A stretch of DNA of 64,000 nt from an uncultured Pseudomonadales bacterium (GTDB lineage: Bacteria; Patescibacteriota; Microgenomatia; UBA1400; PJMF01), in contig CAYWDM010000001.1 of assembly GCA_964457085.1 (NCBI GenBank), forward strand, positions 178,914 to 242,913, read 5' to 3'. Under the pieces are notes generated by a model. The model saw only the letters and a list, made by a program, of their open reading frames with translations. It was not told the DNA's origin and did no database searches. Within the stretch, counting starts at the first letter, position 1, and each line of letters opens with the position of its first letter. Made by a program: the position numbers and the translations under genes. This document shows positions 42,780-51,887 of the stretch, one piece after another.

Positions 42780-43400
42780 ATGGCTATTACACTTTATAAG
42801 CGTCAACGACAAATTGTAGATTTCATTGCACAGTATATCCAGAGAAATGGATATTCACCCACGCTGAGAGAAATCGCTGAAGCACTTGGTGTTTCATCAT
42901 TGGCAACAGTTCATGAGCATTTACAAGCATTGCAGCGTAAGAAAATCATTAAAAAACATGAAGGCACTGTCCGTGGTATCGAATTGGTGGATCGCACCTT
43001 CATCAAGATCAATGATACTGTCGATTTGCCATTTTTGGGTTTCATCGCTGCTGGCTCACCAATCGAAACCAATACCGACACCAACGCTACTTTTAAAGTA
43101 TCACCCGAACTAATTAGTGGTAAGAAACGTGCCTATGTGCTTCAAGTCAAAGGCAAGTCGATGATTGAAGATCACATTGAAGATGGTGATTACATCGTCG
43201 TGGAGGAGACTGAAAGTGTTGGTAATGGCGACATCGTAGTTGCATTACTCGACAATGGTCTGGCAACTGTCAAGCGATTTTATAAGGAAGTGACTCGGAT
43301 TCGACTAGAACCAGCCAATTCATCAATGAGCCCAATCTATGCCACCAATGTTCAGATCCAAGGTAGAGTAGTGGGATTAATTCGCAAATTCCGGTATTAA
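42780..43400 (+). CDS. lexA: SOS repressor LexA
   Basis: Winged HTH (SPTLREI..ALG.SS.ATV.EHL), AAG cleavage site, KSM serine, TVKR lysine. Confidence 0.96.
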   Translation: MAITLYKRQRQIVDFIAQYIQRNGYSPTLREIAEALGVSSLATVHEHLQALQRKKIIKKHEGTVRGIELVDRTFIKINDTVDLPFLGFIAAGSPIETNTDTNATFKVSPELISGKKRAYVLQVKGKSMIEDHIEDGDYIVVEETESVGNGDIVVALLDNGLATVKRFYKEVTRIRLEPANSSMSPIYATNVQIQGRVVGLIRKFRY

Positions 43401-43411
43401 AACGAGAGTGT

Positions 43412-43915
43412 TCACTCCTGTTTCTTTACAGGCAAATTATTCAATCCCATTTTGGCCAATCGCACCCAAGTTCCTTCAGTAAAAAGGAAGAAAAACAAAA
43501 GGTACACGGCTAATTCAGGAGCAGTCTGTAACAATTCTGGTAAGTTTCTAATCGACTCAACCAAAAAATCTGGAACGTGAATTGTTGAATACATCTGAGC
43601 GAGCAGCTCAAATGCAGGCTGCATTTGTTCCATCTGTTGTAAAACTGAATCTAAGATGACTAAAGGCGGTACTGCCAAACCGATCTCCACTGCGGCAGAT
43701 AACCAAAGTGGTTTTTCTTCAAGGTACTGCCCAACAACTCTGCGAAGTGCTAAATAACCGCCAATTGCCAAAGCGGTGCCAGGCTCCTGCGAAGACAAGC
43801 CGGCGGTTAAACCTATGGTTGTACCTGTAAAAATAGCCCTCATTGCTGTTCTGATGCGAGGTAAACTCAACTCTGTACTCTTCTCAGGTACTGGAATATT
43901 CTTCAGTTCGCTCAT
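43412..43915 (-). CDS. Hypothetical membrane protein
   Basis: Hydrophobic segments; start placed at MSELK, just after the pduO stop. Confidence 0.55.
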   Translation of the reverse strand: MSELKNIPVPEKSTELSLPRIRTAMRAIFTGTTIGLTAGLSSQEPGTALAIGGYLALRRVVGQYLEEKPLWLSAAVEIGLAVPPLVILDSVLQQMEQMQPAFELLAQMYSTIHVPDFLVESIRNLPELLQTAPELAVYLLFFFLFTEGTWVRLAKMGLNNLPVKKQE

Positions 43916-43922
43916 ACTGACT

Positions 43923-44561
43923 TTAGACTTTTTTTCGAATGAAAAAATGCTCGTGCGTCGAGTCAGCATGGTTTGCGGCACAGCGCAATAGATATAAGTA
44001 GTCTGACAATCGATTTAAAAATTTAAGTGCTGAAGGAAAAGCAACTCCAGCCACCAGCCATCGACGCTCTACACGACGACAGACTGAGCGCGCCAAATCA
44101 ATTCGAGCAGCCAATCGACTGCCGCCAGGATACACAAAATTTTGATGCCAACTTTCAGCGAGTAGCTCTTCAAGCTGTTTTTCACGCTTTTCGAGCTTTT
44201 TCAGCATCACCTCGGACTCCTTAACTTTTGACGACAAACTCACCAACGCTCCCAGAATAAACAGCTGTTCTTGTACTTCTAATATAAAACTGCTTTCGGC
44301 TTTTTCGGTAAACCATTGCGAACAGGCAAGTGCTAGAGGCAGTTCTTTGGTTTTGGCTGGTTGACGACGATGTTTCTCGATTAGCCACTCCTTCATCTCA
44401 ATCACTACTAAGCCAAGCCACGAATTTAATTCGTCGAGTTCCCCAAGTACTTCAATCACAGGATTGGTCTTAGCGACACGTTGTCCATTTGCCAAACCTG
44501 TCTGACCACTGTCTCCAGTTTTAGTTGAGATACTGAGGGGAGGGGTTTTTTTACTCACCAT
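43923..44561 (-). CDS. pduO: ATP:cob(I)alamin adenosyltransferase (PduO type)
   Basis: TKTGDSGQT, GELDELNS, AR.VCRR.ER, LNRLSDYL. Confidence 0.9.
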   Translation of the reverse strand: MVSKKTPPLSISTKTGDSGQTGLANGQRVAKTNPVIEVLGELDELNSWLGLVVIEMKEWLIEKHRRQPAKTKELPLALACSQWFTEKAESSFILEVQEQLFILGALVSLSSKVKESEVMLKKLEKREKQLEELLAESWHQNFVYPGGSRLAARIDLARSVCRRVERRWLVAGVAFPSALKFLNRLSDYLYLLRCAANHADSTHEHFFIRKKV

Positions 44562-44681
44562 ATATGGTAATTATACCCAACAATCCTATCCATATTAACT
44601 GTGTAACTGATGCAAACAGATTCAGATGTGAGATTTTTTGCCCCTTCACGATATGGCAGGTGCTGTCTAGAATAATGCTCC

Positions 44682-46391
44682 ATGAGTATTCATGGCATTT
44701 TAGGTTATTCTGCTGGTAAAACCAGTCATTCTACTAAGTACGTATTTGTGTCAGGCGGTGTGCTTTCCGGACTCGGAAAAGGCATTACTGCGGCATCGTT
44801 GGGTGTCTTGCTCAAAGAGCAAGGATATAGCGTCACCAACATTAAATGCGAAAATTACCTCAATCTTGATTCCGGCAATATCAATCCTGTCGAGCATGGA
44901 GACGTTTTTCTCTGTGAGGATGGACTAGAAGCAGATCTCGATTTAGGTTCATACGAGCGTTTCTTAAACCAAGAGGTGGGGCATCGCAACTTCACCACCA
45001 TGGGCCAAATTTATCAGACCATTATTGAAAACACTAAAAACCTCCAATTTGGCGGTGTGACAGTTGATGCTATTCCATACGTGCCAGAAGAAGCAATTCG
45101 CCGGATTAAAGAGGCTGCAGTTGGCTATGACATCTGTCTGATTGAGCTTGGTGGTACTGCTGGTGAATACCAGAACATGATCTACTACGAAGCCTATCGG
45201 ATCATGAAGATGAGCTTGCCTAAAGATTTAATCATCTGTCATGTTACCTATTTCCCAGCACCAAGCCATATTAATGAGCTCAAATCCAAACCAACACAAT
45301 TGTCTGTCCGCTCACTCAATTCCATGGGTATTCAGCCAGACTTCATTGTCGGTCGTGCTGCACTTGCAATTGATGACAAACGCAAAGAAAAAACTGCCTA
45401 TTACTGTAACGTCAATAAAGATGATGTCATCTCCAATCCAGACAGTGAAACAATTTACCAGATTCCGTTGATCTTTCATGAGCAACAATTCGAGCAAAAA
45501 GTGCTCGCCAAACTCGGCTTGCCAAGCAAAAACATCAAGCTTGAGGCTTGGCATAAACTGGTCGACCGAGTTCTCTCCAAAAAAGACAAACAAGTAACCG
45601 TCTCGATCATCGCCAAGTATATTGCCACTGGCGACTACGAGCTTAAAGATTCATACACATCACTAATCGAATCATTACACCACGCTAGTTGGAGTAACAA
45701 TGTGGGTCTAAACATTGAGTTTATCAATGCCGAAGACTTAGAAAAGAACAAACCTGAAGCAATTGCACAGCTACATGCATCGCAAGGAATTGTGGTGCCA
45801 ATTGGTTGGGGTGGTCGGGGAGTAGAGGGTAAAATCCAAGCAATTCAATACGCTCGCGAACAAAAGATTCCCTATCTCGGGCTCTGCTACGGTATGCAAT
45901 TAGCCTCTATTGAGTTTGCTCGGCATGTAGTCGGTCTGGGCGGTGCTAACACCACTGAGGTGGACCCAAAGACGGCATACCCAATCATTCACGACATTCC
46001 ATTTGATGAAAAATACCAACGAATTAAGGGAGATGGTGCCAGCATGAGACTTGGTGCATATGACTGTATCCTCAAACCTGGAACCCTAGCACACGAAATC
46101 TACACCAAACATCATGCCTTCAAAGATGAGAAAAAGAATTTAATCTCAGAGCGTCATCGTCATCGCTATGAGTTTAATAATGATTTCCGCAAACAATTAG
46201 AAGAGAAAGGTTTTGTGATTTCTGGCACGAGTCCCGATGATTTTTTCGTCGAGATGATTGAACTGCCAAAAGAGCTGCATCCCTTTTTCATTGCTACCCA
46301 AGCTCATCCAGAATATAAATCGAAACCCCTAGCACCACATCCAATCTTTGTGGAGTTTTTGAGAGAAGTGGCGGCTACAGAAGTTGCCTGA
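44682..46391 (+). CDS. pyrG: CTP synthase
   Basis: SGLGKG, KSKPTQ, GLCYGMQ, ERHRHRYE, HPE. Confidence 0.97.
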   Translation: MSIHGILGYSAGKTSHSTKYVFVSGGVLSGLGKGITAASLGVLLKEQGYSVTNIKCENYLNLDSGNINPVEHGDVFLCEDGLEADLDLGSYERFLNQEVGHRNFTTMGQIYQTIIENTKNLQFGGVTVDAIPYVPEEAIRRIKEAAVGYDICLIELGGTAGEYQNMIYYEAYRIMKMSLPKDLIICHVTYFPAPSHINELKSKPTQLSVRSLNSMGIQPDFIVGRAALAIDDKRKEKTAYYCNVNKDDVISNPDSETIYQIPLIFHEQQFEQKVLAKLGLPSKNIKLEAWHKLVDRVLSKKDKQVTVSIIAKYIATGDYELKDSYTSLIESLHHASWSNNVGLNIEFINAEDLEKNKPEAIAQLHASQGIVVPIGWGGRGVEGKIQAIQYAREQKIPYLGLCYGMQLASIEFARHVVGLGGANTTEVDPKTAYPIIHDIPFDEKYQRIKGDGASMRLGAYDCILKPGTLAHEIYTKHHAFKDEKKNLISERHRHRYEFNNDFRKQLEEKGFVISGTSPDDFFVEMIELPKELHPFFIATQAHPEYKSKPLAPHPIFVEFLREVAATEVA

Positions 46392-46466
46392 GTCTTGTCT
46401 TGCAAGACCAGGTATCACCAGTTATAATGGCAACCTGTCATCCATCGAGTATTTTGGAAAGAAATC

Positions 46467-46820
46467 ATGGCAAATAGTTTTACATATCAAGAACAAACCA
46501 TTAACGTAGGTGACACTGTTCAGGTTCACCAAGAAATTACTGAAGGCGTAAAGAAGCGTATCCAGATCTTCGAAGGTTTGGTTATCGCAATCCGCAACAG
46601 TGATGTTAACAAGAGTTTCACGGTTCGCAAAATTGCCGTAGGCAGTATTGGCGTTGAGAAAATCATCCCAGTAATGTCACCAGCTACCAAAAAGATCGTT
46701 GTTAAACGTCAGGGTGATGTCAAACGCGCAAAGCTATACTTCCTCCGTGACAAGATCGGTAAAGCAGCCACTCGAGTTAAAGAGAAGAGTCTCCACACTC
46801 AGGCAGAGAAAAAAGCCTAA
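46467..46820 (+). CDS. rplS: 50S ribosomal protein L19
   Basis: GDTV.V...[26 protein letters not shown]. Confidence 0.97.
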   Translation: MANSFTYQEQTINVGDTVQVHQEITEGVKKRIQIFEGLVIAIRNSDVNKSFTVRKIAVGSIGVEKIIPVMSPATKKIVVKRQGDVKRAKLYFLRDKIGKAATRVKEKSLHTQAEKKA

Positions 46821-47226
46821 TTTCAATCTTGGATTTTCCGGAGAAGACAGTGCATTTCATTGGCTCATTAGCCATGGTTTATTAGTGATTGACCGCAATC
46901 TAATGGTGCTTGGGAGCGAAATTGACATTTTGGCATTTCGAGAAATTGATTTCACTCTGCTGCTTTTTGAGGTAAAAACTCGAAGTAATAGCTTATTCTG
47001 TCACCCAACACAGGCGGTTAATTGGAAAAAAACTTGGAAAATGTGGCAAGCAGGGGAGTGGATGCTTGATAATTGGCTCAACTATTGCCAGTGGTTTGCA
47101 TCAAATGTCCCGGAGTTTGCACCAATTAACAAAACAAACCCCAGTCTGGTCTTTCCTAAAACCGCTCAATTTGCTATCATATCGGTTATCGGAAACCAGA
47201 TTGACTGTTTCTCCCCGAACTGGTAA
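46747..47226 (+). CDS. YraN/UPF0102 family PD-(D/E)XK nuclease-like protein (start uncertain, overlaps rplS)
   Basis: LG..GED.A...L, RN, EIDILA, FEVKTR, AVN.KK. Confidence 0.65.
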   Translation: MTRSVKQPLELKRRVSTLRQRKKPNFNLGFSGEDSAFHWLISHGLLVIDRNLMVLGSEIDILAFREIDFTLLLFEVKTRSNSLFCHPTQAVNWKKTWKMWQAGEWMLDNWLNYCQWFASNVPEFAPINKTNPSLVFPKTAQFAIISVIGNQIDCFSPNW

Positions 47227-47256
47227 TTAACAAGCTAAGATCGCCGGACACCAAAC

Positions 47257-47328
47257 GGCCCCATCGTCTAGTGGTTAGGACAGCGGGTTTTCATCCCGCT
47301 AACTCGGGTTCGATTCCCGATGGGGTCA
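47257..47328 (+). tRNA. tRNA-Glu(TTC)
   Basis: GGCCCCA...TGGGGTC-A, anticodon loop TTTTCAT, T-arm TCGGG-TTCGATT-CCCGA. Confidence 0.95.
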
Positions 47329-47456
47329 CTCGTGAAAAAAGATCCATTTATGGATCTTTTTTTATGACTGAACGTCATAGCTGAATCAAATCGTTGAGCG
47401 TAGCGAATCCAGGGTTCCGCTTCCGAGTATGCAATACACGGTTAGTCCCGATGGGG
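47326..47456 (+). repeat. tRNA-Glu downstream unit 1
   Basis: TCACTCG plus hairpin AAAAAAGATCCAT-tt-ATGGATCTTTTTT; ends in TCCCGATGGGG (47446-47456), a copy of 47315-47325. Confidence 0.85.
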
Positions 47457-47606
47457 CGACGGCAAGCGAAATCGTGTAATTGTTGGGAGTATTTGGCGTT
47501 AGTATTGGATAGCTACTGTTTTTGATCTAAGGGTTTAAAAAAATTTACAAAGATATTTAGCTCTGCTACACTTTGAATCACTAGCAAATATTGAAACGGA
47601 AATCAT

Positions 47607-48350
47607 ATGACCGAATTAGAGCAAGTTGTCACAGCTAAAGATGAGGCCGCTAGAAAACAGGTATGCAGAGATCTTGAATTATTACCAGCAGATACAAAAA
47701 AAATTATTACTGTGGATGAAGTTATTTCTGGACTCATTGCTGCTGGTGCATCTGCGGATGCTGCAAAGATAATGGCTCCAGCCATAGTTAAAGAAGTGAA
47801 CGGCGGAGGTAAAAAAAGAATTAGCATACAAGATCTCCACAAAAAGTGGGATACGAGCGAATTGTTAGATGGTGCTTACGAAGGCTTACGGGCAGAAGTT
47901 ACCCCAGAAATGGAATCATATACGCCAGCGTTTGATACCGATGATCAGCCAGAGCATTTTTTTGCGGACAAAGAAGAAATCTATTTTGCACAACGAACTC
48001 TCGATGTGAGAAGGGTTGAGGGTTTTACTCCAGATACACTAGAAAGATGTAGAAACTTTTTACAAAGTGCTTTTGATCTGATGCCAGAAGGAAAATACTT
48101 AGCAGAAGATTTTATTTTTCGAGATGGTGAACAAAACGCAGCAATGTTGAGTAAAGATAGAAATGAGGCAACGTTTAGAAATATTTTCTGCCCAATTATT
48201 GACGCAATGAGTAGAATGGGTTTAACACCGCGTGAAATATATGACATGTTTCCACAGCAATCGTATAAGATAGCAGTTTTGTTTGGCAGTGTCGGAGAAA
48301 ATGAACGACAACACGAGAGTTTTGAAGCAATAAAAACTGGCACGCATTAG
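47607..48350 (+). CDS. Hypothetical protein lying between the two tRNA-Glu repeat units
   Basis: 247-aa ORF with TTTACA/TACACT promoter-like sequence upstream. Confidence 0.7.
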   Translation: MTELEQVVTAKDEAARKQVCRDLELLPADTKKIITVDEVISGLIAAGASADAAKIMAPAIVKEVNGGGKKRISIQDLHKKWDTSELLDGAYEGLRAEVTPEMESYTPAFDTDDQPEHFFADKEEIYFAQRTLDVRRVEGFTPDTLERCRNFLQSAFDLMPEGKYLAEDFIFRDGEQNAAMLSKDRNEATFRNIFCPIIDAMSRMGLTPREIYDMFPQQSYKIAVLFGSVGENERQHESFEAIKTGTH

Positions 48351-48523
48351 ATTACTGAGTAAATACGAAACTTTTATTCCGCAACAACACTTTTTACCAA
48401 AAAGTATTACTAACATGCAGGATTGAAATTGCTAATAAAAAATATGGCTAGTACCATTTTGCTAAAATCTACCAAATAGAACAACTAATTCCGTGAGGTT
48501 GTACTAGTTTGATCTACTCAAGC

Positions 48524-48638
48524 TCACTCGTAAAAAATATCCATTTATGGATCTTTTTTTATGACTTGAATCGCATGGTAGGAAACAAACACTTGGTTCT
48601 GCCATCGAACGCAAAGCGCCCGAGTAATCCCGATGGGG
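48524..48638 (+). repeat. tRNA-Glu downstream unit 2
   Basis: About 45-bp near-identical copy of 47326-47370; again ends in TCCCGATGGGG (48628-48638). Confidence 0.85.
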
Positions 48639-48706
48639 GGGAAATCAAAAATTGACACCCATGAATGCTACAATTGATTTGTATCAAATTAAATTGAAAA
48701 GTCTGT

Positions 48707-49006
48707 ATGGGAGAAATTACAAAAGATAATCCAATTAAAAGAGCTGATGTTGAAGCTCAAATTGCTGTCCAAAGAGATCCTAAATGGGACGCAAATAATT
48801 TCAGTAGAGAAAATATCAAAGCTGACTTAATATTGCATGGTGCTTCTGCAGAGGCGGCCGAGCTGATGCTTGATCTAACAATGGAAAATATACATAAAAA
48901 TATCATTGAGACAGCGGAACATGATATGCAAAGACTGGAGAGATTGCGTGTGTCAGAAAATATTCGTCGAGCTGGAACAGCTGCTCCTCAAATCCCTAAG
49001 TATTAA
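48707..49006 (+). CDS. Hypothetical protein with partial similarity to 47607..48350
   Basis: LILHGASAEAAELM versus LIAAGASADAAKIM. Confidence 0.6.
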   Translation: MGEITKDNPIKRADVEAQIAVQRDPKWDANNFSRENIKADLILHGASAEAAELMLDLTMENIHKNIIETAEHDMQRLERLRVSENIRRAGTAAPQIPKY

Positions 49007-49021
49007 AATACTCTATTACGC

Positions 49022-49372
49022 ATGCACAAAAATCACCTCAAAGCAGCTCATCTCTTCGCTCGCCTAATGGATAGTCAATTTTCATTTTTTGGTATTAAAT
49101 TTGGATTTGATTCTATTTTGGGAATTACTCCTGGTGTTGGTGATACAGTTAGCATGTTACTTTCACTTTATTTAATTTGGATTGGTGTTGAGCTGAAACT
49201 GCCAACAAAAAAAATTGTTGAAATGCTTCGCAATATCTTAATTGATACATTAATTGGTGCAGTTCCGATAATTGGAGACGTCAGCGATATTTTTATTAAA
49301 TCAAATAACAAAAACGTACGGATATTAGAAGAGTTTGCAAATAGTACTCAGTCAAACCAGGGAAGACCTTAA
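49022..49372 (+). CDS. DUF4112 family membrane protein
   Basis: ARLMDS.F..FGIKFG.D.ILG..PGVGD, N.LID..IG.VP.IGD..D...K.N.KN. Confidence 0.85.
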   Translation: MHKNHLKAAHLFARLMDSQFSFFGIKFGFDSILGITPGVGDTVSMLLSLYLIWIGVELKLPTKKIVEMLRNILIDTLIGAVPIIGDVSDIFIKSNNKNVRILEEFANSTQSNQGRP

Positions 49373-49781
49373 CTAATTCCAACTACCCGAAAAGCATCAC
49401 CCTTTGGGCAATTATTTGGGATAGGACCTTTTTTATTGACCTTCTTATTGGTCTCACTGGCATCAGAAGAATTATAGAGAGTGGCGAGATAACAGTAGGC
49501 TGCCACAATTAGGTCTTTTTCCCATACTGAGTCGTCAGGTTTTATATCATCCTCAACACCATCAGGCGTATTGATCATACCTCGCTTGAATGGGACTCCC
49601 TACATGCAGGATCGTTTTGGTTTATCCAGATTCCTAATTCCACATTGGCATTGTATCAAAAATAAGTCCCATAGTAAATATTTATGTGCTCTGAGTCGAA
49701 AGAGCTTAAATTTTAACCAGTGAGATAAAAAAATGTAACTTTACCTCAACATACATTTCCAATCCAAGTTAAAATGTACCC

Positions 49782-49934
49782 ATGGGATTACTCTCATTAC
49801 TTTTACTTGCTGGTGGAGTCTATGTTTTCAGTAGATACAAAAACAAGAAAAAAACAGACCTTAAATTAAACAATAAACCAAATACTGTTGACCAAAAATC
49901 TCAAAGAAAAACAAATGACGAAAAAAAACTCTGA
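49782..49934 (+). CDS. 50-aa ORF with an N-terminal TM helix and basic tail; possible frameshifted N-terminus of the downstream helicase
   Basis: MGLLSLLLLAGGVYVFSRYKNKKK...; stop lies just after the A8 run at 49921-49928. Confidence 0.45.
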   Translation: MGLLSLLLLAGGVYVFSRYKNKKKTDLKLNNKPNTVDQKSQRKTNDEKKL

Positions 49935-51228
49935 TTTAAATTCAATTTCGCTAAGCAACGAACAACAACAACTTTTTGAAAAACTGGAAAACTCTCAGGA
50001 AAATATCTTCGTGACTGGTAAAGCAGGAACAGGAAAGTCTCTCTTACTGCAATATTTCAAAAAGCATTCAAAAAAGAAATTGGTGGTCGTTGCCCCAACT
50101 GGAGTTGCAGCGATAACTGTTGGTGGCCAAACTATTCACTCACTATTTCGTATCCCTCCGGCATTTATAGAAAAAGGGAGTGCTAAGCTGGATAAAAATG
50201 TTGCCAAGTTATTACAAAGTCTAGACACTGTGGTTATTGATGAGATCTCTATGGTGCGTGCCGATCTCATGGATGCAATTGATCACCTGCTACGTAAAGC
50301 ACGCAGCACTGATGTGCCATTTGGTGGAGTACAGATGGTGTTGTTTGGAGATCTTTTCCAATTGCCACCAGTTGTGAATGACCGTGAGCTGCAGCGTTAT
50401 TTTCTCGAAACCCATGGTGGTTTTTATTTTTTTAATGCTCATGTATGGCAAAAAGCAGAACTGGAAATTATTGAATTGTCACATATTTTTAGACAAAAAG
50501 ACAAATATTTTAAAGAGTTATTAAACATGATTCGAAAGGGTAGTATTGATTACATAATGCTCTCAGAACTGAACGAGCGTGCTAAAAGTCCTGCACCAGT
50601 AACTGGTTCAATCACCCTAGCAGCCACTAACTTTTCTGCTAATGAGATCAACGAAAATAAACTCGCTGCATTGCCAGGAAAGATATTCGAGTTCAAAGCT
50701 GCGATTACTGGCCAACTAGAACAATCAGCATTTCCCACTGAGCAGTTGCTGAGACTAAAGCAAGGCGCTCAAATCATGATGCTCAAAAACGATAAAGAAA
50801 GACGTTGGGGAAATGGCACACTGGGGACCATTCATTCAGTTTCACAAAAAACAGTTGAGGTGTTGATCAACGATATTATTTACACAGTTACTCCGGAAAC
50901 ATGGAGTAAAATTCGCTACTCCTACAACCTAGAGAAAAAACAAGTTGAAGAAGAGGTAACTAGTGCCTTCACACAACTGCCGATTCGATTGGCTTGGGGA
51001 ATCACCATTCACAAGTCACAGGGACAGACATATCAAAGCGTAATCATTGATATGGGCCGAGGTGCATTCACTCATGGCCAAACCTATGTTGCCCTCAGTC
51101 GCTGCACAACTTTAGAAAATCTCTACTTAAAACAACCCATTGGAAAAAAAGACATTATTGTTGATGAACAAGTTGTTTCCTTTATGGGCAAAGCAACTGT
51201 GCTGCACATTGAAGAACAAGTCATTTAA
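49915..51228 (+). CDS. PIF1-family SF1B DNA helicase
   Basis: TGKAGTGKS, APTGVAA, GQTIHS, IDEISM, FGDLFQLPPV, FRQ, QLP.RLAW..TIHKSQG, YVALSR. Confidence 0.92.
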   Translation: MTKKNSDLNSISLSNEQQQLFEKLENSQENIFVTGKAGTGKSLLLQYFKKHSKKKLVVVAPTGVAAITVGGQTIHSLFRIPPAFIEKGSAKLDKNVAKLLQSLDTVVIDEISMVRADLMDAIDHLLRKARSTDVPFGGVQMVLFGDLFQLPPVVNDRELQRYFLETHGGFYFFNAHVWQKAELEIIELSHIFRQKDKYFKELLNMIRKGSIDYIMLSELNERAKSPAPVTGSITLAATNFSANEINENKLAALPGKIFEFKAAITGQLEQSAFPTEQLLRLKQGAQIMMLKNDKERRWGNGTLGTIHSVSQKTVEVLINDIIYTVTPETWSKIRYSYNLEKKQVEEEVTSAFTQLPIRLAWGITIHKSQGQTYQSVIIDMGRGAFTHGQTYVALSRCTTLENLYLKQPIGKKDIIVDEQVVSFMGKATVLHIEEQVI

Positions 51229-51299
51229 ATAAAAAAGTGTAAACTTTGACACATCTCATTAGCATTCCCAGTTAGTTCTCGGCTGTTATAATCCCCATA

Positions 51300-51887
51300 A
51301 TGGAAAAAAGAACTGCTGGCAGAGTAGAATTTGTCCGTGCTCCTGAAAGTAACCCAATCGCATCCATGTCGGATGTTTCAACTAGACAGCTTACTGTTGA
51401 AAATAAATCTGATATCATTTCAAATACTGACTCAAACGACAAGATTGTAACCGCGGCTTTACTTTTTTTCTTAGCACTGAATGCGAGCTTAATAGCCCTA
51501 GATTTTTGGTCGCATCCAGATCAGGGAGTGGCAAATCTTGAAAGACGAAAGTTTTTAGTCGAAACATTTTCTCCATTTTTTAAATACATTGGAAATTATG
51601 GGATAAGTGCAGTTTTAGTGATCGTGGCAGGACTTACAAAAAATTTACTTGAAAATGTGAGTTCAAATAAAATTACCAAAAACATGATTAAACACGGTTA
51701 CTTATTAGCCGTAGCTGGAACTCTTGCGCTCAATGGATTAGCTGAAGATTTTTCCAGAAACAACGAGAAATTCGAGGATTTTTCAGTCGGTGCCTGGGCG
51801 ATACTAAACTCAGCTATTTTGGTTGAATTATTAGCTGCATACGCTCAACAAAAAAATGCAAAAGGTCAACAAGTTGACGTCGCATAA
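51300..51887 (+). CDS. Hypothetical membrane protein
   Basis: About 4 TM segments; TATAAT-7nt-ATG; 3' end overlaps the convergent gene. Confidence 0.6.
   Translation: MEKRTAGRVEFVRAPESNPIASMSDVSTRQLTVENKSDIISNTDSNDKIVTAALLFFLALNASLIALDFWSHPDQGVANLERRKFLVETFSPFFKYIGNYGISAVLVIVAGLTKNLLENVSSNKITKNMIKHGYLLAVAGTLALNGLAEDFSRNNEKFEDFSVGAWAILNSAILVELLAAYAQQKNAKGQQVDVA

Noticed and set aside
49369-49578. 69-aa minus-strand ORF
   Set aside because: Short, with no motif or clear translation signals; cannot be distinguished from a chance ORF.
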